Below, piece after piece: positions 19,791 to 29,194 of a stretch of DNA of 64,000 nucleotides. The position numbers and the translations under genes are program-made. Below the pieces are notes generated by a model. It searched no databases and had not been told where the DNA came from. It was given only the letters and a program-made list of their open reading frames with translations. How positions within the stretch are numbered: position 1 is the first letter of the stretch; every line of letters begins with the position of its first letter. The DNA comes from Capsulimonadaceae bacterium (GTDB taxonomy: Bacteria > Armatimonadota > Armatimonadia > Armatimonadales > Capsulimonadaceae): positions 5,504,001 to 5,568,000 of the forward strand of contig OZ244065.1 of the NCBI GenBank assembly GCA_965215505.1, in the 5' to 3' direction.

Positions 19791-20803
19791 TCGAGACCCT
19801 GCGGATTGAGGACGACGAAACCAACCTGCGGCTGGACATCTACCTGGCCGACCGGGTGCCGCACCTGTCGCGCGCGCGCATCCAGCGGCTGATTGGGACG
19901 CAGGCCGTCACCATCAACGGCGTCCCCGGCAAGTCCTCCTACCGGACGCGGGCCGGGGATGAGGTCGTCGTCACCATCCCGACCGCCAAGCCCCTGGAAA
20001 ACGCCCTGCCGGAAGACATCCCGCTGGACATCGTCTATGAAGACGACGACCTGGTCGTCGTCAACAAGGCCAAAGGCCTGGTCGTCCACCCCGCGCCCGG
20101 CGCGGAAACCGGAACCCTCGTCAACGCCCTGCTCGCCCACTGCGGCGGCAGCCTGTCCGGCATCGGCGGCGCACTCCGGCCCGGCATCGTCCACCGGCTG
20201 GACAAGGACACGTCCGGTTTGCTTGTCGTCGCCAAGAACGATGCCGCCCACCAGAGCCTCTCCAAACAGATACGCGAGCGGACCGCCGTCCGCAAGTACC
20301 ACGCCCTCCTGTGGGGCCGCATCCCCTTCAAGCACGCCGTCATTGACGCCCCCATCGGCCGGCACCCGAGCGACCGCAAGCGGATGACCGTCATCGAGCA
20401 GGGCGGGTCGGGTCCGGGCGACCTGCCGCCCGGCGCGCGCGAGGCGGTGACCGAGCTGCGCCTGCTGGAACACGTCGCCGAGTTCAGTTGGGCCGAAGCC
20501 ATCCTGCAAACGGGCCGGACACACCAGATCCGCGTCCACTGCTCCTTCGCCGGCTACCCGGTCGTCGGCGACGCCACTTACGGAGGTCTGCGGAAGGTCA
20601 GCGCGGACCTGTTCCGGGGGGCACCGCTTCAGACGCTTAACGCCCTGCTTGGCCGCCTCCACGGCCAGGCCCTGCACGCCCATTCGCTCGGCTTCGATCA
20701 CCCCCGGACGGGCCAGCGGCTCCAGTTCCACGCGCCCCTGCCGGACGAAGTGGGCGAGCTACTGGACTTCCTGCGGCGGCTCGACGAGGTCTATGAGTTC
20801 TGA
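19787..20803 (+). CDS. rluD: RluA-family pseudouridine synthase (RluD-like, S4 domain)
   Basis: RLD.YL..., NKAKGLVVHP, HRLDKDTSG, TGRTHQIRVH, QALHA. Confidence 0.92.
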   Translation: MIETLRIEDDETNLRLDIYLADRVPHLSRARIQRLIGTQAVTINGVPGKSSYRTRAGDEVVVTIPTAKPLENALPEDIPLDIVYEDDDLVVVNKAKGLVVHPAPGAETGTLVNALLAHCGGSLSGIGGALRPGIVHRLDKDTSGLLVVAKNDAAHQSLSKQIRERTAVRKYHALLWGRIPFKHAVIDAPIGRHPSDRKRMTVIEQGGSGPGDLPPGAREAVTELRLLEHVAEFSWAEAILQTGRTHQIRVHCSFAGYPVVGDATYGGLRKVSADLFRGAPLQTLNALLGRLHGQALHAHSLGFDHPRTGQRLQFHAPLPDEVGELLDFLRRLDEVYEF

Positions 20804-20809
20804 CCGCGC

Positions 20810-20844
20810 AAAAAAGCGGCTCCCCAAAAGGGGAGCCGCTTTCT
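20810..20844. terminator. Bidirectional intrinsic terminator
   Basis: AAAAAAGCGGCTCCCC-AAAA-GGGGAGCCGCTTT between convergent genes. Confidence 0.88.
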
Positions 20845-20861
20845 CGTGTCCGTCTGCGCCC

Positions 20862-21680
20862 CTACTGCGGCAGCGGGGCCGAGAGGAGGGCTTGAAGGCG
20901 GGCGTACTGGGCGCGCTGTGCGGGGGTCAAGACGGCGTTGATCTTGGTCTGGGCCTGCTCGCGCAAGGCCGAGATCTTGCTGACCTTCGCCGACTGCGGT
21001 TGGGACTTGTCGGCGATGACGGCCTGCACCTGTGCCCCGGACGCCAGGCCGATCGCGTGTACCTGCTTTTCCTGGTCCGCTGACAGTGAGGCTTGAAGCT
21101 CCTTGCCCATCCGGGTCGCCTCAGCCTTCCGGGCCTCGGCCGTCTGCTCCTGCCTCTCCGCGCGCGCTCGCTGGGCCGGTGGCAGGGTCGCCAAAGCTTT
21201 CTGGTTGGCCGCCTGACGCAGCGCCTCGAAGCGCGTCTGCTTCTGGGCGTCGGTCAGCGTTTTGTCCGCTTGCAGGGCGGCGGCATCGCGCTGGAGCTGC
21301 AAGCCGATCTGACGCTGGGCCATCACCTGTGCGCGCTGCGCGGGCGTCAGGACCGCCAGCATGTCCCTGTCCATCGCCTTGGCAAGCACGGCGTAGCGCG
21401 CCCGCTTCTGGGCGTCAGTCAGCGTTTTGTCCGCGGCCAGTGCGGCCGTGTCTTTTTTGAATTGCGCCTGTCGGGCCTCCGCGTGTGCGCGCTGCGTGGG
21501 GCTGAGTTCCGAGTTGGCGGACGAGGCGCGTCCCGCCGGCATTCCCTGCGCGTGGACCGTCAGAGGCGAAGAAAGAAAAGCGAGGGCCGCCAGGGGTGCC
21601 GCCGGCCATGCGCGTGTGATTCGAGTCAAGGGCGTAGATCCTTCCGAACGAGAATTGGGCAGCATAGCCCTCCCCTTCAA
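20862..21680 (-). CDS. Secreted helical-repeat protein (Spy/CpxP-like LTxxQ repeats); start uncertain
   Basis: Signal peptide; repeats of AL.ADKTLTDAQK and AVLTPAQRAQ. Confidence 0.65.
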   Translation of the reverse strand: MKGRAMLPNSRSEGSTPLTRITRAWPAAPLAALAFLSSPLTVHAQGMPAGRASSANSELSPTQRAHAEARQAQFKKDTAALAADKTLTDAQKRARYAVLAKAMDRDMLAVLTPAQRAQVMAQRQIGLQLQRDAAALQADKTLTDAQKQTRFEALRQAANQKALATLPPAQRARAERQEQTAEARKAEATRMGKELQASLSADQEKQVHAIGLASGAQVQAVIADKSQPQSAKVSKISALREQAQTKINAVLTPAQRAQYARLQALLSAPLPQ

Positions 21681-21720
21681 AACGCAGGAGGGACCGGGCG
21701 ATGTTCCCGTCCCTCCTGTT
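21679..21720 (-). terminator. Hairpin terminator/attenuator after the DUF892 gene
   Basis: CAGGAGGGAC...GTCCCTCCTG stem, followed by CGTTTT on the minus strand. Confidence 0.6.
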
Positions 21721-21757
21721 TACCCCTTTTGGCCGTCTTTTTCAAGTGGCGGGCGTG

Positions 21758-22249
21758 TTACGCCGCGTTCTTGAGGGCCAATACGGCGATCTGCGGGATG
21801 ATCCGCTGCAAGCGCTCCGCCGCGAGCTGTTCCTCGGCGATGATCGTCTGCGCCAGCGTCGCCGTCTCCGTGTCGCCGATGGCATTGGCGAAGGCATGGA
21901 GCGAGGTGTACGCGCCGATCTCGAAGTGCTCGAAGGAGTACGCCTTGATCGTGTCCTGCGTCTGCTTGTCCTCGTGGCTGTGCCCGATGTTCAGGGCGCT
22001 GCTGGCCTTCGCCAGCACCGAGTTCAGGACTCCCTTCGGCTCGGACTTGTCGCCGCCTAAAGCCAGGATGCGGGCGCTCACCCGGTCCGCCTGCGACTGC
22101 GTGACCGCGATGTGGTCCGTCACGGCCTGCTTCAGGTCCGCGTCGGTCGCCAGAGCGGCCAGGTCGTTGAGGGCGGCGATCCCGCCGACTTCGGCGGCAT
22201 ACGAGTCGTTCAGATACCGGAGCAGTTGGTCTTTCGTCGTCTCTGCCAT
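21758..22249 (-). CDS. Ferritin-like DUF892 (YciE/YciF) protein
   Basis: LNDSYAAE, H...T..Q..R, EHFEIGAY..L, I.AEEQ. Confidence 0.85.
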   Translation of the reverse strand: MAETTKDQLLRYLNDSYAAEVGGIAALNDLAALATDADLKQAVTDHIAVTQSQADRVSARILALGGDKSEPKGVLNSVLAKASSALNIGHSHEDKQTQDTIKAYSFEHFEIGAYTSLHAFANAIGDTETATLAQTIIAEEQLAAERLQRIIPQIAVLALKNAA

Positions 22250-22337
22250 TTCTTATGTCTCCATTCCCGCGTCTCCGCAGAAGTTATTCAGGCCGCTTAT
22301 ACCCGCCCGCCGCCCGCCTCTAACCTCCCCCGTAAAC

Positions 22338-23486
22338 CTACCCCCCACCGTAGACGCGGCCCTTCCACCGGTTCCCCTGCCGCGAAAGGCCCTGGTAGGC
22401 GGACGACAGCGCGATCCCTATTACCAGCGCCCAGGCCAGCGGGTTCAGGAATGCGTAGCCGCCCGCGCCCCGCCCGAACCGCGCCGTGACGCCCAGCCGG
22501 ATGCCGACCATGCCGGTGTACGACGCCAGGGGCAGCCACGCCCAGCCCGCCCCCGAAGCCCACCCCCAGGCGGCCCACAGCGGCGGCAGGACGAAGACGT
22601 TCAGCAGGACGAAGACGACCCACAGCAGCAGTGGCAGGTTCTTGGAGAAGGCCGGGAACAGGTTCTTGGCGAACCCGCTCCAGATCTCGTCCAGCCCGTG
22701 ATACATCCGCACCGCATAGGTCCGCGACCCGTCTCCGTACCACAGCGATTTGCCCACCCGCTTGACGTGCTGGGCGAATTTGACGTCCTCGGCGAGCTGC
22801 TGCCGGACGGCCCGGTGCCCGTCCACGTCGAAATACGTCTGCCGCGTCAGGAACAGGAACGCGCCGTTGGCCGCCGCGAACCAGGGAAAGGGCGTCCGGC
22901 GGATGAGTGGGGTGGGGAGGAAGGCAAAGATGACGAAATACTGGATGGGGATCAGCAGCCGCTCCCAGAACCCCTCGCAGTGCAGGTCCGGCACGAGCGA
23001 GACGACATCGGCCGCGCTCTCCCGCTGCGCCCCGAGTGCCAGCAGCAGGGCGTCCGGCGCGAACACGCAGTCCGCGTCCGTCATCAGCAGCCACTCGCCC
23101 CGCGCCGCGTTCGCGAGCTGCCAGCACGCCCACGGCTTCCCGTACCAGTCTGATGGCAGCTCCGACCCAATCAGCACCCGCAGCCGATAATCCTGGTCCC
23201 GCAGCCGACACAAAATGGCATAAGTGTCGTCCGAAGACCGGTCATCCAGCACCAAGACTTCGAAATTGGGGTAGTTGAGCGCCAGCAGCGACCGGACACA
23301 AGCCTCGATGTTCGCCTCCTCGTCGCGGGCGGGTACGAGGATGGAGATGAGGGGCAGTTCCGCCTCCCCCGTCTGCGCGACCAGGGCGCGCGGCTTGCGG
23401 AAGGACCAGAAATTGACCAGGGCCGTCTCGACCAGAACCAGCGCCGTCAGCGCCACCGCCGCCTGATACCAAAACATAAGCCCCAT
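22338..23486 (-). CDS. Family 2 glycosyltransferase, carotenoid glycosyltransferase-like (CruC/CrtQ-like)
   Basis: SILVPARDEE, DDRSSD, W.GKPWACWQL, TDAD, AANG, AEDV, VRMY; divergent from crtC. Confidence 0.8.
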   Translation of the reverse strand: MGLMFWYQAAVALTALVLVETALVNFWSFRKPRALVAQTGEAELPLISILVPARDEEANIEACVRSLLALNYPNFEVLVLDDRSSDDTYAILCRLRDQDYRLRVLIGSELPSDWYGKPWACWQLANAARGEWLLMTDADCVFAPDALLLALGAQRESAADVVSLVPDLHCEGFWERLLIPIQYFVIFAFLPTPLIRRTPFPWFAAANGAFLFLTRQTYFDVDGHRAVRQQLAEDVKFAQHVKRVGKSLWYGDGSRTYAVRMYHGLDEIWSGFAKNLFPAFSKNLPLLLWVVFVLLNVFVLPPLWAAWGWASGAGWAWLPLASYTGMVGIRLGVTARFGRGAGGYAFLNPLAWALVIGIALSSAYQGLSRQGNRWKGRVYGGG

Positions 23487-23570
23487 TGCGCGAATAGTAT
23501 ACCCGTCAAGTGCGTCCTTGCAGACAACAGGGGGAGGATGTTCGCACCGGGTTGCTGGTATACTGTCCCT

Positions 23571-24602
23571 ATGCGCCTTGTTCTAGATCCCGCCGAGGAG
23601 GCCGCGCACGGGGAGTGGCTGCACCGGACACCGGGCGCTTATGAGTGGTGGTACTTTGACGCGCTCTCCGACGACGGCCGCCACGCGCTGGCCTGCATCT
23701 GGTTCCTGGGCAACCCCTTCTCGCCCTATTACCGCCGGGCCGCGCTGGCCCTGCCGACGGACCCCTTCCGCCACAATGCCCTCTTCTTCGCCCTCTACCG
23801 GGAAGGGCGGCTCCATGCCTACCACTTCACGCGCTTCCCCATGGCAGAAGTCGCGGCGGGCGACGCGCCGCCGCTGGACCTGCGGTTCGGCCCGAACCGG
23901 CTGGCGGCGAAGCCCGGCGAGTGGCGGCTGACGCTCTCGGACGAGAACGCCAATTGCCGCCGGCTGGAGGCCGCCCTGACGTTCACCGCGCCCCTTCCCG
24001 TCGGCGGCACGCCGGAAGCGGAGGCACCCGAGGCCAATCACTTCTGGCTGCCCGCCGCGCCCTTCTGCCGGGTGGCGGGGCGGGTCACTCTGCGCGAGGC
24101 ACACAATCCGGGGGCCGAGGAGATCAGTTTTTCGGGGACCGGCTACCACGACCATAATTGGGGGCGGCTGCCGTTCGCCTCGGAGATACGCGACTGGTAC
24201 TGGGCGCGGGCCGCTCTGGGCGGCGAGCGGGCGGTGATCCTGTACCATGTGCGCCCGCGCGGCGCAGTGCGGGCGGTCAGCCATTTCCTGCTGTTCGAGC
24301 GGGGGCGGATGGTGCGGCACGACGCCGCCCCCCAGGTGCGCCTCTCCCGGCCTGCCTTGAATGCCTTCGGGACGGTGTACGCCGCCCGCATGGAGGTCGT
24401 CAGCGGCGAATGGGCCGTGCGCTTCGAGTTCGGGGTGCGGCTGGACAGTGCGCCCTTCTACGTCCGCGCCCTGTGCCGGGCGACGCTGAATGGGAAAGGT
24501 GGGGCGGAGGTGGGGGAGGGGATCGGCGAGTACCTGCGCCCGCGCATGATGTCCTGGCCGCTCGTGGCGTCGGCCATGAAGGCGAGGATCGTGGAGCGAT
24601 GA
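23571..24602 (+). CDS. crtC: Carotenoid 1,2-hydratase (hydroxyneurosporene synthase-like)
   Basis: PGAYEWWYFDALSDDG, G.PFSPYY, H.W.P.AP, GYHDHNWG, W.WAR, DSAPFY.R. Confidence 0.85.
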   Translation: MRLVLDPAEEAAHGEWLHRTPGAYEWWYFDALSDDGRHALACIWFLGNPFSPYYRRAALALPTDPFRHNALFFALYREGRLHAYHFTRFPMAEVAAGDAPPLDLRFGPNRLAAKPGEWRLTLSDENANCRRLEAALTFTAPLPVGGTPEAEAPEANHFWLPAAPFCRVAGRVTLREAHNPGAEEISFSGTGYHDHNWGRLPFASEIRDWYWARAALGGERAVILYHVRPRGAVRAVSHFLLFERGRMVRHDAAPQVRLSRPALNAFGTVYAARMEVVSGEWAVRFEFGVRLDSAPFYVRALCRATLNGKGGAEVGEGIGEYLRPRMMSWPLVASAMKARIVER

Positions 24603-25396
24603 AGGACACAAACCCCGTCTACCGGATCATCGCGGTGCGGACGGTGCAGGCCAGCCTCGCCGCGATGGCCGCCCATTGGCTGCTGGGCTGGCCCTTGACT
24701 GGGCGGCGCGCGGTCGGCCTGTTCCTGACGCCCGCCCTCTGCCTGTATTTCACCTTCGTCTTCGTCGCCCGCTGGTCTTGGGGCCTGCCGATCCTGACGA
24801 GGTTGCCGGCCAGGGGAAAGACGGTCGCGCTGACCTTCGACGACGGGCCTTCGCCCGAGTCCACGCCCGCAATTCTGGACGCGCTCACTGCCTGCGGCGT
24901 CCGCGCGACGTTTTTCGTGCTGGGGGAAGCGGTGGAACGGTTTCCTGACCTTCTGCGGCGCATCGTCGCCGAAGGCCACTCAGTCGGCCTCCATGGGCAC
25001 CGGCACCGCCCGTTCGTGCTGCTGAGTGGCCGGGAAATACAGGAGGAGATCGGGCGGGCGCGCGAGGCGGTCCGCCGCGCCTGCCCCGACGTCGTCCTCG
25101 TCCCCTGGCTGCGTCCTCCGCACGGGTTCAAATCGCCCGGCGTCCTGTGGACGGTCGGCCGGGCCGGCTTCCGCCTCGCCGCATGGAGCGTGGACGCGCA
25201 GGATTACCGGGAAACCGACCCGGAGCGCATGGCCCGGAACGTCCTGGGTGCGCTCCGTCCGGGGGCGGTCATCCTGCTGCATGACGGGCCGGGCAACGCC
25301 GCCACGGTCGCGGCCTTACCAGGGCTTTTGCGGGCGCTGAAGGGAGGGGACTGGCAGACGGTCCTGCTGCCGCCCTACACGAGAGGAACACCATGA
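24599..25396 (+). CDS. Polysaccharide deacetylase (CE4), membrane anchored
   Basis: VALTFDDGP, ATFFVLG, GHSVGLHG..H, RPPHG, VILLHDG. Confidence 0.92.
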   Translation: MKDTNPVYRIIAVRTVQASLAAMAAHWLLGWPLTGRRAVGLFLTPALCLYFTFVFVARWSWGLPILTRLPARGKTVALTFDDGPSPESTPAILDALTACGVRATFFVLGEAVERFPDLLRRIVAEGHSVGLHGHRHRPFVLLSGREIQEEIGRAREAVRRACPDVVLVPWLRPPHGFKSPGVLWTVGRAGFRLAAWSVDAQDYRETDPERMARNVLGALRPGAVILLHDGPGNAATVAALPGLLRALKGGDWQTVLLPPYTRGTP

Positions 25397-27108
25397 GAGC
25401 GCCCTCAATGCGTTTCGACTTCCCGCACCCGCTCTGCTTCCGGGACCCCGTGCGGGTTATCAGAGCCGACACCCTGGCGGAAGTCCGTCCCGCCCTGCGC
25501 GCCGTACAGGCGGCGGCCGACGCGGGCTGCTACGCGGCGGGTTATGTGGCTTACGAGGCTGCCCCCGCGTTCGACCCCGCCCTCCAGGTCAGCCCGCTGC
25601 CGTCCTCCCTGCCGCTGCTCTGGTTCGGCGTGTTCCCGGAGTCATGCGCGCCCGAGGAACAGGAGCCGGACGAGTACCAAATCTCCGAGTGGGAAGCAGA
25701 TGGCGATTTTGCCCGCTACCAGGAAGCCATCCACGACATCCGGGAGGGCATCGCGGCCGGGGAAGTTTACCAGGTCAACCACACGTTCCGGCTCGGGGCG
25801 CACTTCCGGGGCGACGCGGCGGCCTTCTATCGTCGCCTCCGGGGGGCGTCGCCGCCGCCGTTCGCGGCCTGCCTGGACATCGGCAGCCACCAGATACTGT
25901 CCGCCTCACCGGAGCTGTTCTTCCACCGCCTGGGCGACCGGATCACCACGCGCCCGATGAAGGGCACGCGGCGGCGCGGGCGCTGGCGTGAGGAAGACGA
26001 CCGGATCGCCGCCGGACTCAGGGAGTCCGAAAAGGACCGGGCGGAGAACGTCATGATTGTGGACCTGCTTCGCAATGACCTGGGGCGGCTGGCCCTGCCC
26101 GGCTCGGTGTGTGTCCCCCGCCTGTTCGAGATCGAGTGTTACCCGACGGTCTGGCAGATGACCTCGACGGTCGAGGCCCGCCTCCGGCCGGAAACCACCC
26201 TGGATGAGATTTTCGGGGCACTGTTCCCCTGCGGGTCCATCACGGGTGCGCCGAAAATCAGCGCGACCCGCTTCATCGCGCGCCAGGAGACGACGCCCCG
26301 CCGGATCTATTGCGGGGCCATCGGCTACATCACGCCCCGCCGGGAGGCCGTCTTCAGCGTCGCCATCCGCACCGCCCTTCTGGAATCGGAGACGGGGCGC
26401 ATCGAGTACGGTGTGGGCGGCGGCATCGTCTGGGACTCCGACGCGGCGGCGGAGCATCAGGAGGCCTTGTCCAAAGCCGCCGTGCTGGCCGGGCCGACTG
26501 AGTTTGACCTGCTGGAGACTTTGCGCTGGGAGGGCGGCGCTTACTGCCTGCTGGACCGGCATCTCGACCGACTCCTGGCCTCGGCGGACTACTTCGGCTT
26601 CGCCGCCTCCCGCGACTCCGTCCGGTCGGCCCTGCTCGCGCACGGGCGGCAGAAGCCCGAGGGGGCGTGGCGCATCCGGCTCCGCCTGCCGCCGGACGGC
26701 GTCCCGCTGATCGAGAGCGCCCTCCTGCCGCCGCTCCCGCCCGCCCCGCTGCGGGTCGCTCTGGCCGGAACGCCCGTTTCGCGCGCCGACAGGTTTCTCT
26801 GCCACAAGACGACTTACCGGGCGGTCTACGAAAAGCATCGCCTGGAACGCCCGGATTTTTTCGACGTGCTGCTCTGGAACGAGGAGGGGGAGCTGACCGA
26901 GTTCACCATCGGGAACCTGATGATCGAGCTGGACGGCCGCCTCTGGACGCCGCCGCGCGGGTGTGGACTGCTGGACGGCGTACAGCGGGCCGAACTGCTG
27001 GCGGAGGGACGTTTGCAAGAGCGTGTCCTGCGCCGGGAGGACCTTGCGGCGGCCACGGGCGTTTGGCTGATCAATAGTGTGCGAGGGTGTGTGCCCGTGG
27101 CGTTCTGA
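25393..27108 (+). CDS. pabB: Aminodeoxychorismate synthase component I fused to a class IV aminotransferase (PabC-like) domain
   Basis: YQVN, SASPELFF, RPMKGT, KDRAENVMIVDLLRNDL, FPCGSITGAPK; C-terminal LLETLR, HKTT.R, GLL.G..R, NSVRG. Confidence 0.92.
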   Translation: MRAPSMRFDFPHPLCFRDPVRVIRADTLAEVRPALRAVQAAADAGCYAAGYVAYEAAPAFDPALQVSPLPSSLPLLWFGVFPESCAPEEQEPDEYQISEWEADGDFARYQEAIHDIREGIAAGEVYQVNHTFRLGAHFRGDAAAFYRRLRGASPPPFAACLDIGSHQILSASPELFFHRLGDRITTRPMKGTRRRGRWREEDDRIAAGLRESEKDRAENVMIVDLLRNDLGRLALPGSVCVPRLFEIECYPTVWQMTSTVEARLRPETTLDEIFGALFPCGSITGAPKISATRFIARQETTPRRIYCGAIGYITPRREAVFSVAIRTALLESETGRIEYGVGGGIVWDSDAAAEHQEALSKAAVLAGPTEFDLLETLRWEGGAYCLLDRHLDRLLASADYFGFAASRDSVRSALLAHGRQKPEGAWRIRLRLPPDGVPLIESALLPPLPPAPLRVALAGTPVSRADRFLCHKTTYRAVYEKHRLERPDFFDVLLWNEEGELTEFTIGNLMIELDGRLWTPPRGCGLLDGVQRAELLAEGRLQERVLRREDLAAATGVWLINSVRGCVPVAF

Positions 27109-27125
27109 CGGGGGAAAGGAAGTGG

Positions 27126-29093
27126 TCAGAACGTGGCCGGCACCGGCGGGGACTCAGCGCCCGCAGACCGATTGAAGGCGGCGACGCAGGCGGCATCCCA
27201 CTGACTGCCCGCCCCCGCCGCCAGGATGGCCCGCGCCTCGTCCATGCATTTGCCCTTGCGGTAGGGCCGGTCCATCGTCATCGCGCTGAAGGCGTCGGCC
27301 ACGGCCATGATCCGGGCGAGCAGGGGCGTCTCCTCCCCGACCAACCCCGCCGGATACCCTTGGCCATCCCACCGCTCGTGGTGGTGCCGCACCGCCCCCA
27401 ACGTCTCCTCAAAGCCGGCGACCGCGCCGACGATCACCGCCCCCATAGTCGGGTGCTGCTGGACCGCCTCGAACTCCTCGTCGGTCAGGCCGCCCGGCTT
27501 CCGCAGGATGCGGTCCGGGACGCCGATCTTACCGACATCGTGCAGCAGGGCGGCCACCTGGAGCGTCCGGAGCGTCGCCGCGTCCAGCCCCATCTCCCGC
27601 CCGATGTGGAGCGCGCGGCGCATGACGTCCTCGGAGTGCCGGCGCGTGTACCGGTCCTTGTTGTCCACGGCCGTGACGAGGGCGTCCAGCATGGGGAAGC
27701 CTTCCAGGGTATCGGTCAGCAGGGAGCGCAGGTCCTCGATGAACTCGTCGCCGCCGCCGGTCTTGGTGTGGACCAGGCGCGCGCCCGCCGCCTCCAGGAC
27801 GTGGTGGCGCTCGCGCCCGTCTTCCGGGTACACGGCCAGCCCGACCGAGAACGTCAGCGGGATAGCGACGGGTGACCCGGTGGGCCGGTAGCCCGCGCTT
27901 TCCAGCCGTCCCTTGAGTCGCGCGGCCAGCCCCGCCGCCGTCTCCGCGCCCGTCCCAGGCATCAGCAGGACGAACTCGTCCCCGCCGAATCGGGCGAGAA
28001 TATCATAGCGTCGGCACCCGCCGCGCAGGATTTCAGCCGCCCGGCGCAGGACATCGTCCCCGACCGCGTGGCCGTGAGCGTTGTTGAAAAACTTGAAGTT
28101 ATCCAGGTCCAGCACCGCCACGGCCAGCGTCGTCCCCTCACGGTCCGCGCGGGCCGCTTCCTCGCTGAACCTCTTGTGGAACGCGCGGTGGTTCAGCAGT
28201 CCGGTCAAAGGGTCATGGTCCGCCCTCTCGACCGCCTCGGCCAGCAGGCGCTCGCGCTCGGCCTCCAGCGCCTTGCGCTCGGTGATGTCCTGGATCGTCC
28301 CCTCGTAATAGAGGAGCCTCCCAGCGTCGTCGCGCACCGCCCGCGCGTTCTCGAGGAGCCACAGGACTGCGCCGCCTCTGCCGTACACCTGGTACTCGAA
28401 GCCGACCACGCTGTCCCCCTCGCGCATCAGCCGGGCGAACTCCGTCTGCCGCTCGGGGACCACATAGTTTTGACTGGTCTGCCCGAAGGAAGCAAGCAGC
28501 GCCTCCGCCGTCTCGAACCCGAGCATCCGCGCCAGGGCGGGGTTGGCCGCGAGCAGGCGGCCCTCCGCCGTCCCCCTGTAGATGCCTTCCACCGCATGTT
28601 CAAAGATGCTGCGGTAACTGGCGTCCGCCGCGCGCAGCGCCTCCTGCGCCTCCCGCCGCTCGGTGACGTCGCACAGGAGGCCCTCGCAGACCACGGCCCC
28701 GTCCGCCAGGCGTTCCGGACGTGACGTGCCCTGCACCCACTTCAAACGCCCGTCCCGCGTCACGATCCGCCCCTCCCACTGCCAGGGTGTCAGGCGCTCG
28801 GATATCTCACCGACGGAGGCGACGAACGAGGCACGATCCTCCGGGTGGACGATGCTCACGATCAGGGAAGGGTCTGCCGTGATCTCCTGCGGCGTCAGGC
28901 CGTAGATGGCCCGGCAGCCCTCACTGACGAAGGGGAACTGGAACCCGCCGTCGGGGAGGAGGATGCACTGGAAGACCATGCCGGGAAGGTTCGCCGCGGT
29001 CCGTCGCCCCTGCTCGCCGGTCGTCGCGCGCGTTTCTCCCGCATGCTCTGGAGGCGGGAAGACCGTCTGACTGGGATGCGTCACCTCGAACAC
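27126..29093 (-). CDS. PAS-PAS-GGDEF-HD-GYP cyclic di-GMP signalling protein
   Basis: VHPEDR PAS domain, DPLTGLLN, RFGGDEF, LHDVGKIG, HHERWDGQGYP. Confidence 0.93.
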   Translation of the reverse strand: MFEVTHPSQTVFPPPEHAGETRATTGEQGRRTAANLPGMVFQCILLPDGGFQFPFVSEGCRAIYGLTPQEITADPSLIVSIVHPEDRASFVASVGEISERLTPWQWEGRIVTRDGRLKWVQGTSRPERLADGAVVCEGLLCDVTERREAQEALRAADASYRSIFEHAVEGIYRGTAEGRLLAANPALARMLGFETAEALLASFGQTSQNYVVPERQTEFARLMREGDSVVGFEYQVYGRGGAVLWLLENARAVRDDAGRLLYYEGTIQDITERKALEAERERLLAEAVERADHDPLTGLLNHRAFHKRFSEEAARADREGTTLAVAVLDLDNFKFFNNAHGHAVGDDVLRRAAEILRGGCRRYDILARFGGDEFVLLMPGTGAETAAGLAARLKGRLESAGYRPTGSPVAIPLTFSVGLAVYPEDGRERHHVLEAAGARLVHTKTGGGDEFIEDLRSLLTDTLEGFPMLDALVTAVDNKDRYTRRHSEDVMRRALHIGREMGLDAATLRTLQVAALLHDVGKIGVPDRILRKPGGLTDEEFEAVQQHPTMGAVIVGAVAGFEETLGAVRHHHERWDGQGYPAGLVGEETPLLARIMAVADAFSAMTMDRPYRKGKCMDEARAILAAGAGSQWDAACVAAFNRSAGAESPPVPATF

Positions 29094-29194
29094 TTGCTGC
29101 TGACCCCTCGCCGACAGTCGGACATAGCCCCTTTATCGGCAGACCCCCTAAAAAACTAAAGCCGCCGCGCATATTCCGGGTAAACTAGAGGCAG

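Noticed and set aside
21093-23153. 686-aa plus-strand ORF and other long antisense or alternate-frame ORFs (e.g. 31673-33715, 15976-17235)
   Set aside because: Shadow ORFs opposite well-supported genes in high-GC DNA, with no motifs.
25393-27108. PabB-PabC fusion as a novelty
   Set aside because: Such fusions are already known in many bacteria.
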